From contig RDEW01000020.1 in the NCBI GenBank assembly GCA_011109175.1, positions 428,514-492,513 of the forward strand: a DNA stretch of 64,000 bases. Reading direction: 5' to 3'. The notes beneath the pieces are model-generated. The model ran no database searches, had not been told where the DNA came from, and worked only from the letters and a program-made list of their open reading frames with translations. How positions within the stretch are numbered: position 1 is the first letter of the stretch; every line of letters starts with the position of its first letter. Of the stretch, positions 1 through 11,499 are shown one piece after another. The translations under genes were made by a program, and so were the position numbers. Source of the DNA: Dicyema japonicum. Its lineage: Eukaryota > Animalia > Dicyemida.

Positions 1-1445
1 GCCAAAGTTTCAGGTTCGGATAGATGTTGGTTTCAAATATTTTCATTTTTAGGAGTTTCCTAGGGACTGAGTCGAACGCTTTTGTGATGTCCACGGATAT
101 AAGTACTGTCCTCTGATGGGGTTTGGGGGAGTTAAATCCTTCCGCAATGAATTGTGTGAGGGTTGTAAGATGTGTTGTCGTCGAATGGTTGTCCCGGAAT
201 CCGTGCTGGGTCGGAGGTATTGAGATTGAGTCTTGTACTTTTTCCAAAACAAGCCTTTCAAGGATCCTTGAGACCGGACTTAGAATAGATATTGGGTGGT
301 AGGAAGATGGTTCATCTATTGGTTTGTTGGGTTTTCGGATAGGTCTGATTAGAGACTTCTTCCATATTTCAGGGATTGTATTTGTGTTAATGGATAGGTT
401 GAATATATAAGCTAATAGTTCCAGGGTTCGATGGCCTAGGTGCTTCAGTTCACATGTGGTTATGTTGTCTGGTCCTTTGGCCTCTGAGTTGGTCTTAGAT
501 ATGGCTCTGCGAACATCCCGACTTGTAAATAGGATCCAGTCGTCGGAGCGTTTCGGTTCAATCTTTTTCAGGAATACTTGGTGTTCTTTTGAAAACTTCC
601 TGTAGGATATAGATGTGTAATATTTTATCAGAGTGTCTGGTTTTATGTAGACTTCGACTTTACTCTCTGGGGAGGTCTTTTGATGTTCTTGATCCACTTT
701 CACACTCTCTGCATTGGGGGTTTTTGCAGAAAGCATTTGATAGTCTCGTCCATCTATTTGCATTTTCTGTCTTTATGTTGTTGTCAATCTCTCTGTTCAA
801 TTCTCGTATTTTCCTGATGTTCTCTTCTGTCGGGGATTTTACCATCTTTAGATTATTTCGTTCTCTGATCAGATGTTACGTCGTTGTGTTGAAACGTTTT
901 GATGACGTAGGTTGTCACCCCATAGGAATGTACTTCTTTTTCTCAGCGTTTAGGGTGGAGTTGAACCATTTCACTAATTGTTCGACGGTGGGAGGAGTGG
1001 GGAAATTTAATAGTCCAATGCAATTATCGACGTATCTTTGAATCCTCTCCAATTCGCAAGGCTGTAGTTAGTTATTTTGGGCATTGTCCTTTTATCCGTG
1101 ACCTTGTTTTGACCTCCAAAAATATTGGGTTGTGGTCACTCCTGGTGTCATACTTCATTGACAAGTCAATAATGGAACAAAGGACGGTGATGACAATGAG
1201 ATGTCGATAGAAGAAGGTTTATCATTACGTCAAGTAGGTGTTCTTGTATGAGATGCAGGATCGTTGAGTATACATAGGCTGTGGAGGTCCTCAATTATCA
1301 TCTTCCTCTTTGTCGTAGGTTCAATTATCATCTTCCCTCTCCGCAGCGGCGCAGGCCTTCCTTATTGGTCCACCCGTGAAGATAGGGAAAAGTGTGGTTC
1401 TTTTTTTTCAAATGCCACCACGTCGTCGGCGAACCACATGACATT
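1..1445 (-). mobile_element. Degenerate APE-RT LINE, 5' part; sister copy of the element at 23179-26450, with an internal deletion just after the 2A leader
   Basis: Reverse complement matches 23545-23645 and about 24120-25400. It shares ORF MVKSPTEENIRKIRELNREIDNNIKTENANRW and RT-type YRPISIL. The deletion junction near 1340 has a short local duplication (tcaattatcatcttcc x2). Confidence 0.9.
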
Positions 1446-1449
1446 ACTA

Positions 1450-2825
1450 ATGGCTATAAAACAAAATATTTTAATTTTAATTATAAAATATTTTTTAATT
1501 TTAATTATTTTTTAAATAGTATTTGTAAATCTTGTTTGTCAATGCCACGTGTTTGTTCTGGAACTAAAAAACGGTGTTTGAAAGATGAAAAGAGAGTGTT
1601 TCAAAAAAATGGGAATTTCTTTATTTTTGTACAACATTGTTTAATATGTAACCAGTTTATTGCTATACCGAAAGAATACAACTTAAAAAGGCATTCCATT
1701 CCAATCATAGATCATACGATTATTTCGAAGGTACTAAGTCGTTTATTAACCAATAAGGTCCAATGCGTGTTTTAAAGCTAAATGAATTACGAAATAATAT
1801 GACTTCGTCACAGGCTCATTTCACAAAAATTCACAATCGAAGTACTGCATCAGTTACTGCTACTATGAAATCAGCAGAATGCTTGCAATCAATGGGAAAT
1901 AATATTGTGATGGTGATTTCATCAAGCAATGTTTCGTGAAAACAGCCAAAATTATTTGTCCAGACAATGCTCATTTGCTTAAAGACATTTATTTGACCAG
2001 AAACACAGTTCCCGAACATATCACACAAATGTCTGCATTTGAAACAACAATTAAAGCCTGAATTGTTTAAATTTTAATATTTTTTCCAATTGTGATCGTT
2101 GAAACGGTCGACGTTGTTGTAATTGCACAATTAGCAATTTTTTAGAGCTTTTGATTCAGATTTTAATATTTATTAAAAATTTCTCGAATCTGTGCCAATG
2201 CACGATACTACTACAAGTAAAGATCTCTTTGACTATGGATTTGATTTAAAGTCATGCCCTCAACCACCGCCAATTCAATAAATTGCTGATAGATATGAAC
2301 AACCAGTTCAGCGACCATTTTATACTACAGTGCGTTGGTTATCTCTTTACAAAGTTGTCTAAAGATTGTTAAGACAGAAAATAATTTTATTTATGGAAAT
2401 GAAAGGCCAAAACACAGACGAGATGAAAAGTGAATCTTGAATCCAAGATTTGGTCTTTGCAGTTGATATGAACGACCTTAATTTGGAATTGAAGGGCAAA
2501 AACAATCTGAACGACCTTAATTTGGAATTGAAGGGCAAAAACAATCTCATAACTCAAAAACTGTTCAATGTACAAGACTCACTGATGAAAATTTATCGGC
2601 GTTAATAAAAATCGGGACTACACGAATAATTGAGCCCGACATATCAAAAATTGTATCCGAAAAAAGATGTCAATCCTCCGGAAGTTGCTCTAAGCACGAT
2701 TAGAAGATGGTGATTACATATTTCGTTTTTCTTATTTTTGGTTTTCATTAAAATAAATAATCTTTCCTTGATGAAAAATTATTATAAAATGCGGTCCTCG
2801 AAGCCTAATGAGTTTGACATCCCTG
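1450..2825 (+). mobile_element. Degenerate hAT DNA transposon (SPIN/GTF2IRD2-like transposase remnant)
   Basis: CLICNQFIAIPKEYNLKRH zinc-finger motif and 'DLNLELKGKNNL' transposase segment. The right end reads CAGGGATGTCAAACTC on the minus strand, a hAT-type TIR. No left TIR seen. Confidence 0.8.
2469..2548 (+). repeat. 40-bp exact tandem duplication inside the hAT remnant
   Basis: tgaacgaccttaatttggaattgaagggcaaaaacaatct occurs twice head-to-tail. Confidence 0.9.
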
Positions 2826-2999
2826 TCGTAGAGTATCACTCCAAACTGTAAGTATTCATCCGAATATATACGTCGTTTTACTTTTTTATCAGACATCTAT
2901 AAAATATTAAATACAATTAGAAAATATATCGGTAAATAATTTTTTCAGACAAGTACACACAAGAAAAGTAGAATTAATTAGAAAAGCACGTGATAATGA

Positions 3000-5900
3000 T
3001 AAAAACAAATTATTATTTTACTATCTTAAAAGGTTAATTCTAATTAAAATGTTTCCTCTTAAAGCAACTATGAGAGTAAACCCAATTGTCACAGTCTTTA
3101 TCCTTTTCCTCAATATATATTGACATCACTTCGCTCACACTCTTCTCTTGAATTTCTTCATATTCAGACCGAGAGTAGATATCCTTTATCCCTTCATTAA
3201 GTTTATCATAACGCCACGAAACGTCGATTTCGTTCCTATATGATACAATTATACTCTCCAAAGTCTTCTTGATTACCAGCGATTAAACGTTCTTTCACTT
3301 ATAATCAAAGATCTGGCTTACTTCCACGAATGTGAAGTCACTAGGCCATCCCAAGTGAGTACAATCGGGACAATCTTGACGTCTGCGTGGTGTATCAACT
3401 TCAGCTCTTTAGAAAGGTCATTATTCCTCAGCTTTTCGCATTCCACCTGCTGTTGTTTTTGGGAAGATGTTATTCCCATTTCGACCAAGGTAATTTTGTT
3501 TCTCCTTTTATCAAAAACGAACAGGTCTGGCTGTGTTATGCTCAATAATTATGTCCGTTTTGATAAATGGGTCAACTTGATTTCAACTGAGTCATTCATT
3601 ACAATAAATTGCACTGAATGAGTCTTCTGTTTCTTCTCGTTTTTGAAGCCAAACTCTCTGCAAATGTGGAAATGTGGACACCTCACGACTTCGTTATGTC
3701 TTCTTACATAATCCCCATGCAACATCTTTTCACACTTTGTGGCACAATGTCCACAGTCTTCTCCATTTTTTACAATGGGTGCACATTGCATTTTGTTCTT
3801 CAAAGAACAGATTCCTATCTTGAATAAGGCAGAATAAGGCTTCCGACTTTGGGGAGTTATTCCCTTTTAGAAGCCAATGAGAGGAATGCTCTATATTCAC
3901 ATAATCCTCCAACAAATTCTTATAAATAACGGAATGAAGACTCTTCAGTCTTATTTGATTCATTAAACTTTCTTTTTGCATGTTCGATATCAATTTTATA
4001 TACAACTCAGAAGTGTCGCAAACAGAATACTTGTGCCTTAGAAATTCTTCAATTAATGCCAAATGTGTTTTCTCCGAAAATTCGACTTGAAGAATTGCGG
4101 AACTTCTACTGCAAACAGTACTTCTGAGTTTCAAATGAAAAAATCCATATAACATCTTCTCACTTAGAAGAGAGATTGAGCGTAGCCCTCTCCCAAATTA
4201 ATTCCTCGTTAAATAAAGCCTCTGCTTGCATGCAGGTTTGAGATGGACTCGATGTTTAATCAATATGGTGAGGATAGCTGAGTCAATCAAATCGTATTCA
4301 CAAGGTTGCACATTAATGAGTCCAATATAATAGTTATATAAAGACAGAGCATGCTCGTTAATAGCCTTAAACAAATTCACTGCGTTTAGTTTGATATTCA
4401 CCAATTTCTCAATTCTCTGGTTTACTTGCAAAAAAATTATGTTAACATTTCTGGCTTTTGAATTTGTCCGGAAGGACCTTCCAATACACCGAGGTATTTA
4501 TATCCATCCATTCCCTCAAACAACTTGGCTTCATCTGATAACAACAAGACATTTGTAGCGGACTTTTCTAGATTCCTTTCCAGCCCCACAGCACTGTAGT
4601 ACAAATTAACATCTTCACTAGTCGAAATAAGTTTTAAATCGTCAATAAATAGAAGATGATTAGTTTAGAATGACGAGACAGACTGATCATCATGTAAAAC
4701 GGAGACTTTTGGATACTTATATGACAATAAACGGATAAGTGGGTCAAACACTAAGACAAATAACATGAGGGATGGACTATCCCCTGCAAAATTCATTTTT
4801 CAATCTGAATATCACGAATATTTTCATTATTCAACATTAGTTTTACTATCCAATGCATAATCAGTAATCTCACAACTTTAATAATTATGGTCAACTGAGT
4901 GAAATGCTTTTTTGACGTCAATCAATGTAGCATATAATCCACCTCCATTTGCTTTATTAAGTGATTTATTGACTAGTGCCTGTTCTTTAGCACCCTAACA
5001 TCTCTTCCTTGTTCCCATCTGGTTTTCAAAAGAAGGCCAAACGCTTCTACATAATCCGCTAGCTTGGCATTGATGCACTTTGTCATAAGTTTGTAGAGTG
5101 ACGACATGCATGTAATAGGGCGTAAGTCCTTTGGCGACTGTGACGCTTCATATTTTGGGATCAAGTACGCAATTCCAGTAAAAAAACCAGTTTACAGGGA
5201 CGTACTCTCCGTTTAAAATCCTAAGCATTTCTGTATAAATTCATGCAGCAGGTAAATTTCTTAAGAAAGAAATTGTAGATCCCATCACAACCTGGGGCCT
5301 TCCAATTCTGCAAATACTGAATCGTTTGTTCAAACACATTCTTCGATAATTCAACAGACACATTTTTAACACTAGCCATTCTTTTTCTGATATTAAAACT
5401 TTCCGAATTTGGACTTCTTCTTTTCTATAATTCTTCCCAAAAATCCGAATTTTTCATTATCAATTGAGATATTAATATTATTTTGTCCTGATTTCAAGTT
5501 CCTGTAGAAGGAACAGTGGTTGTCCATAGAAAATTTTTTTTCGATTCAAATGTCGATATTTTTTTCTCCATGACTTTAATCTTATCTTGGATAAGAGACG
5601 TAATTCTGGTCCTTTATTGTTTTTTCCTGTAACCAACTATCGACAAAACATGGCACGCCATGGACTTCTCGTCGAGTCTTCGTAAAAAACTTTTCAATAA
5701 AAACAGAATGTGATATGTATTGTTCAATTTTTTAGTCATATCCTCCATCCATTTTGAGGGCTCAAATTTCTTTGTAGTAAGAGTTTGGTAGGCAGTTTGC
5801 CCAGCATAAATAATAGAGGAAATTTGATCAATTGACGTTGGGTGATTGACTTTAATCCAAGCATTAATAACACTTTAATCCAAGGTTTTTCTTCGTACGG

Positions 5901-6430
5901 GGTCTTGAAGAATGGTCAATTGACTGATTCGTCCGTAACTCTGCAATAAAAGTACGTTCACAACGAGCAAACAACTTGGCCTCAAAAAATGTCTAAGACA
6001 TATCAGGCTTAGAATCTGAGGTCCCCTTCTAATCATGTTCAATGCTTGGTAATTGTTGGCGTTTTTGGGCGTACATCAGTCTTCTGAACTCATGCATTGT
6101 TATTTCCTTTCCAAACTTAGATTTGAAACCTTCCAAGAGAATAGCCCACCCACCTCTGGGGACACGACCGAGTCTAGAGCGCGTGTTTTCAATAACTGAG
6201 GTAGCCCATTGTTCTCGACAATCAGCTGTTAAGGAAGACATTATTGCTCGTAAAACCAGAAATTTCGTGTTGTTTTGCTGAGGACGAATCCTAGAAGCAT
6301 CCGCGTCGGAAACATGTCGGACAAACTCGGCGGCAGTTCGATTTGGGCTTTCTTTACTCAATTCGGCACAGAAGTCCGCATAATCCGATGACTTTAGATG
6401 GTTCTTATCAACGACAACCATTAACCAGTA
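3000..6430 (-). mobile_element. Degenerate RLE-type non-LTR retrotransposon (R4/Dong-like)
   Basis: Fragments in order: WKAPG.DGI, DLRPITCMSSLYKL, QGDS.S, HLLFIDD, QRLYL.R, CTHC...H...C zinc knuckle, YVRRHNEVV, and QPDLFVFDK...VEMGIT (PD..D/E restriction-like endonuclease). Many frameshifts. Confidence 0.9.
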
Positions 6431-6534
6431 ACGTATAAAATTTGATAACCTAAGGCAAACATTTATAATAATTAAAAAATTAAAATTCTAGCTCCCCCGT
6501 TAATAACCACTTGTCTAGCATGACACAGTTGTTA

Positions 6535-9500
6535 ACAGTTGAGAAGCGATGCTGTGGCCGTTGGATACTGTGGCCGTTTTATGCACGTTGGAGGAATGTA
6601 TTCAAAGGACCTCAGAAAGTGCTCCACAGAAATTGAAGAATTCTTCGCAGGAAGCGATATGTCTGTCTTATTGGGAGATCTAAACGCCAAGAACATTAAA
6701 TATGGATGCCCGGTACCAACGAGGATGGAATCAGGCTAAGAAAATTGAGTGATAAGACTGGCTTCGAGATTTTGACGTCGGAGAAGCCGAATCACTTCTC
6801 GCACTATGGTGGAGACATGTTTTGGGTGTTCCCGGTGTCACCACTGCTCTACACTTATGTGGAGAGACCGATGATCATGTGGGACATCGGGAGCGACCAC
6901 ATCCCCAAGAGATGTCACTGAACCTGGCTCCGGACACTACGGAGTCAGTGTTTACTGGCTCCTCAAAAACTGGAAGGAGGGACCTTATTCCAGAAGTGAT
7001 ATTGACAACATAGACAGAGAACTCTCAATTGTGATGGAGAGATACTTATCACTTTACGCCAAGAAGAGACTGGAAAACTTCCATAGTCAGAATGATCCTG
7101 AAACCGGGAAAATCGGGGAGGGCCTCATTTGCTCTATTTCCAAGATTGTTGAGCGAATTATTTTAAGAAGCTAAACGAGCACATAGAGAGAGTGGTTTCC
7201 TCCTCGCAAAACAATGTGGCTTCAGACGTCGGAAATCCTGCACGGATTGCATCCACCACATGCATTCGGTGGTATTGAGAGGTCTGGAATTCAAGAGGCA
7301 AGTTAATCTGGTATGTTTGGACCTATCCAAGCCTTTCGATAGCGTGTGGCATGAAACCCTGTTATCAAGGCTAGCGGCTTAACATCCAAAGGAAACTTTT
7401 CATATGGATAGTGTTGGGACGAGTATGTCAAAAGATATCCTACTAAGAGGGCCGTTTCATAGGGCTCTGTCTTGAGCCCGCTTCTGTTCAATATGCTTCT
7501 ATCAGACTTTCCAATTCCGCCGGATACGAACACCAAACTACAGTCCGACCCCGAATTGGGGCACCAAGTGCCCCAAAAAGCGGGGGTGCCCCAAAAACAG
7601 GGGTTTAATAAAACAGAGATTTTAAACATCAAAAATCAATTTTAGAAAAATAATCAGTTAATTTATTCCCAGTTATCTTTTTACTTCTTACATTTTTCTT
7701 AAAATTAAGTCGAAAATCGTAAAATTCTTTGAGCATTTCAGGAGAAATGTAAAAAATTTTCTTCTCTAACTGATCAAGAGAATCTTGCGTTTTTCTTAGA
7801 ATTGTTTCCATGTTATCGTTTTCTAAACCTTCGTTGTAAATATTATCAACGAATTCGTCACTTTCCCCATTCAATGTTTCGTTTACGGCATTGTTGATCA
7901 TTTCTTCTGTAATGGTATCTTCAATTTTTACGGAATCACGAATCTTTTCAATTTGATTCCAACAATTAAATATTAAACTTGGATCAAGTTTTTCCCAGCT
8001 TTTAGAAATTAGCAGAATTACATGACAAGGTTTATTTTGTTTATCAACCGTTTGAATTCATCATCATCCTCCTCATAACACAAATACTGAATCAGATAAT
8101 TTGAGTAATAATCTTTAAAGGTCTTGATAATTCCCATATCCAATGGTTGCAAATACGGTGTTGTATTTTTTGGCAAAAATAAAAACTCAATATTTGAGCA
8201 TTCAATAGTTTTATGACATCCCGCATTATCAAGCAATATTAATACTTTTCTGTTGATTGTATAAAATCTTTCATTTATCCGAGTCAACCAGCTCATAAAA
8301 ATATTTCGAGTCATCCATGCATTTTTAGAGGATGAATATGAAAGTCCAAAATCTTTCACATTGAAATTTTTGAGACATCGAGGGTTTTTAAATTTTCCAA
8401 CAATCAATGGCTCAAGTTTTTCCCCATGGAATTGCAACAAAGAAGTACAGTGACTCTTTGTTTTCCCTGTTTAAAGCCAAAAGTATCGTCATTTATTCCG
8501 ACAAAAGACTTTCGTGGAGTCCTTTTTATATAAAGATTTCATCACAATTAAAAACATTTTGTCTTCCATATTGAATAATTTTCTCGTCAAGAATTTTAAA
8601 AAACTCATTGATGTAAGTCAATTCACATGAATTTTTTTCTCCACAAATTGATTTGAAATTAAGTTCATGTCGCTTTTTAAATCTGTCAAGCCAGCCGTTT
8701 GAAGCTTTGAAAGTATCAAATCCAATTTTTGAAGCCGTATAATTTCTCACAATAAGGCATAAGATCCTCATCCTTGTTCAAGAAAAGGTACAATTGTTTT
8801 TTTTATTCGCGAAATTATGCCTTTACTAGTTTTGTATTTTTTACTATCTGTCTTTCAGATAATTTTTTCTTCAATATCAATTTAGCAATCGTTAATTTTG
8901 TTTCGTAGTTAATAACCATTCACAACAAAAAATGTAAATAAACGTGTAAATTAAAATTATATATTTATTAATAAAATATAATTTTATTTACTTATAATTT
9001 CATTCCCCACAATTTTATAGTGCCCCAAAATTTCCATATTTTTTATCGATTTTCCATTTTACTCTGCCAAAATGTTGGCAAAAAAAATGCCCCAAAATCC
9101 GAGAGTGCCCCACCCCTGGGGTCTGCCCCAATTCGGGGTCGGACTGTATCGATATATGCAGACGATATTCTAATTACAGATATGTCTAGGAAGTCAACTC
9201 TATCGGAAAGAAGAATCAAGTCATTCATCGATCAAGTGCAAGATTGGTGCTCCAAGAGAAGGATGAGAATCTCTACGGAGAAGTCCAGCTGCTTGAAAGT
9301 TAGCCGTCTACGGAGACACCGTACGCATCCCTACTCACTTGATATTCCAAAAGTAAACTCACTCCGCTACCTCGGGATATTTATCGATGGAGAAGGTTCC
9401 TTCATGGTGGATATCAGACGAAGAAAGAAGAAGGCGCTACAAGCGCTTCTCTTTACGGGCAAGTTGTTCATAAGTTTGGAGACCTTCTTGTTTATCTTCA

Positions 9501-9820
9501 TGAGGATTAACCTACCAGATCTTCTATAAGGGTGTGAAGCGTGATTTTTCTCCTGTCAAAGAGATAGGATGATGTTACTCATGGAAAAGTTGAGAAGATC
9601 AGCAATAACGTTGGCCCTGGGGAAAAAGCTGTTTGATGTCCTAAGTACAGAAGAAGACAAGATTCTTGCACCGGTCAAAAATATTGTGGAGAAAAGGATC
9701 AAGAAGATCCGACGCTAGGACGAGATTAAAATGGAGATGGGGTGCATCGGAAGAGTCCAGGCAGCATAGGTGGACTCGTTAATAATTTCCAAACTAACTC
9801 CTAATTCCTGTTGAATAAAG
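6535..9820 (+). mobile_element. Degenerate APE-RT LINE (group B, I/Jockey-like) interrupted by a Tigger insertion
   Basis: GDLNAKNIKYGC and DIGSDHIP endonuclease motifs; DLSKAFD-like and GSVLSPLLFN RT motifs. Removing the Tigger restores TKLSIYADDILI. Confidence 0.85.
7541..9146 (-). mobile_element. Tigger/pogo DNA transposon with both TIRs and a frameshifted transposase
   Basis: Perfect 23-bp TIR CAGTCCGACCCCGAATTGGGGCA; TA duplication at 7539-40 and 9147-48; FKASNGWLDRFKKRH, VFNCDE, LLDNAGCH and LQPLDMGII motifs. Confidence 0.95.
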
Positions 9821-9821
9821 T

Positions 9822-10055
9822 GTTTTCGGTCCACTTCATTACTACGGAGAAAACTAAACTTCTTTTCCTCAAGATGGCAATGTCCCCTGACCATCTCCTC
9901 GAGTCGGACATTAAACAGATACGATGAGAAACCTACCCCGTTGTGGAGATTAACCGAGGACTCCAAAACTAACCGGAGGAAAAGTACTGATATGGGCACA
10001 GGGGTTACTTAATAACTCTTATTATCTTTCTCGTGATTTCGGGGTTAATAAATTA
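9822..10055 (+). mobile_element. 3'-end fragment of a LINE related to the element at 11500-13930
   Basis: Similar C-terminal coding (P.PLW..DSKTNR) ending ...TGVT*, followed by ctttctcgtgatttcggggttaataaa, identical to the end of the 11.5 kb element. Confidence 0.75.
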
Positions 10056-10260
10056 GTGACATAAGGATCTTTGGTGGTTATGGAGACTCCTCCATGTTAG
10101 AAGATTGGTTCTTTGTCCATAATTTTGGTGGAATCTATAATTGATATACAACAGCAGGGAAATCAGAAGAATTTAAAATTTATTGACTTTATGAAGTACC
10201 CTTTTAAGCACCTTCTGTGATTTTGTTTCAATTTATATGGAAGACTCAGGTGAATATATA

Positions 10261-11426
10261 ATGTTGACTATTTTACTGTGTTCATTGCTATTTTCAAGTA
10301 ATCTTAGGCATAAACTAAGTTTGTGAAAATGTGGTCAAATATGGAAGATGGGTAGCAAGAAATGATGATATATCAACAGTAATATGTCCACCAGGTACCG
10401 AAATTTCTTCTTGTCGTCCTCATTTTATCCGCAGAGCTGACGGCTCATATGTCCAAAAGAACTTATGTCAAGTGAGAGCTAGAGGAAAAGGGAAAACTAG
10501 AGTTTAGCCTCAATAAGTATGTAGGCCATTGCTTCATGTCTCCCCATTTCTACTCACATGACAATAGAATATAGAACTATTACTGGTGGAGGAAGATTAG
10601 CATGCCCGAGTGGGACTACACTTTCAGATTGCAGGATCCACAGCTGGCAGGTTTTTTCGCTTTAATTAAGATGGGCTTCTTACAACAACTATGTTATTAA
10701 AAAAAGTGGCAATCAATGTCAAGTTAGGAAAAAAAGGAAAACGTCTCCAGTCACACTCGAAGTGACTTGTCTCAGTTTGCTGATTATTAACTATTTGAAG
10801 AAAAAGTTGGCAATTCGAAATCAGGAAAAATACGTAGTTTTTGCTGTAATTAAGTCCCAAAACCTCTTCCAATTGTATCAAAGACTCCCAAAAAATGTCC
10901 CGTGGGATATGCTATGAAATATTGCTTTGCAGTCAACTCGAATCCATTTTACAATAACGGATTTTGCAGAAGCGACAAAAATTTTTACGTTTCTTTATCT
11001 CCCCATTTCTAGGTTTATATGAGTTGTGAAGATGTCCGAAACTATAATTTGATTTCCAAATATTTCCGCCCGAATCCAAGAGTGCCATATTACACCGTCG
11101 GATACTGCCCAAGTGGGTATACACTGGTGAGCTGTCTGCCTACGGCACATTCGTAAGGGAAATATCATTTTCTAGTCCAGGAAGCAGTAATTTCGTTTAT
11201 ACAGACAATAAATGTTATATGTTAGCCAGAGTGAATATTGTAGTAATCTGCAAAATTGTATTTATGCTAAATATTTAAGCGTCGTCCTTCAACAACACAC
11301 ACAACGACGACTCAAGAGACCACTAGCACTACAACACCCACAACGAAGAGTAAAGAAACAACCACTCAAATCGACACAACACAACCTACTTTTCAAACAG
11401 ACTTTATATTATGCACAACCAGATAA
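10261..11426 (+). CDS. Putative secreted Cys-rich repeat protein (4 PCSK9-C-terminal/resistin-like modules) with Thr-rich tail; about 8 tiny introns
   Basis: Manual splicing of 20-26 nt GT-AG introns (e.g. 10298-10319) gives a signal-like start MLTILLCSLLFS, repeats CPPGTEISSC, CPSGTTLSDC, CPVGYAMKYC and CPSGYTLVSC, then STTHTTTTQETTSTTTPTT. One junction near 10650-10670 is off by one base. The gene is not recognisable in the ORF track. Confidence 0.75.
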
Positions 11427-11499
11427 CATAACTTAATTTCAAATTACTAACAAGACTGTCATCACTAACACTTTCTCATTGTCAGCGTTTGTGGTAAGT

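Noticed and set aside
613-1041. Antisense ORFs such as 613-1041, 24412-24762 and 42648-42965
   Set aside because: They are shadows of LINE coding on the opposite strand.
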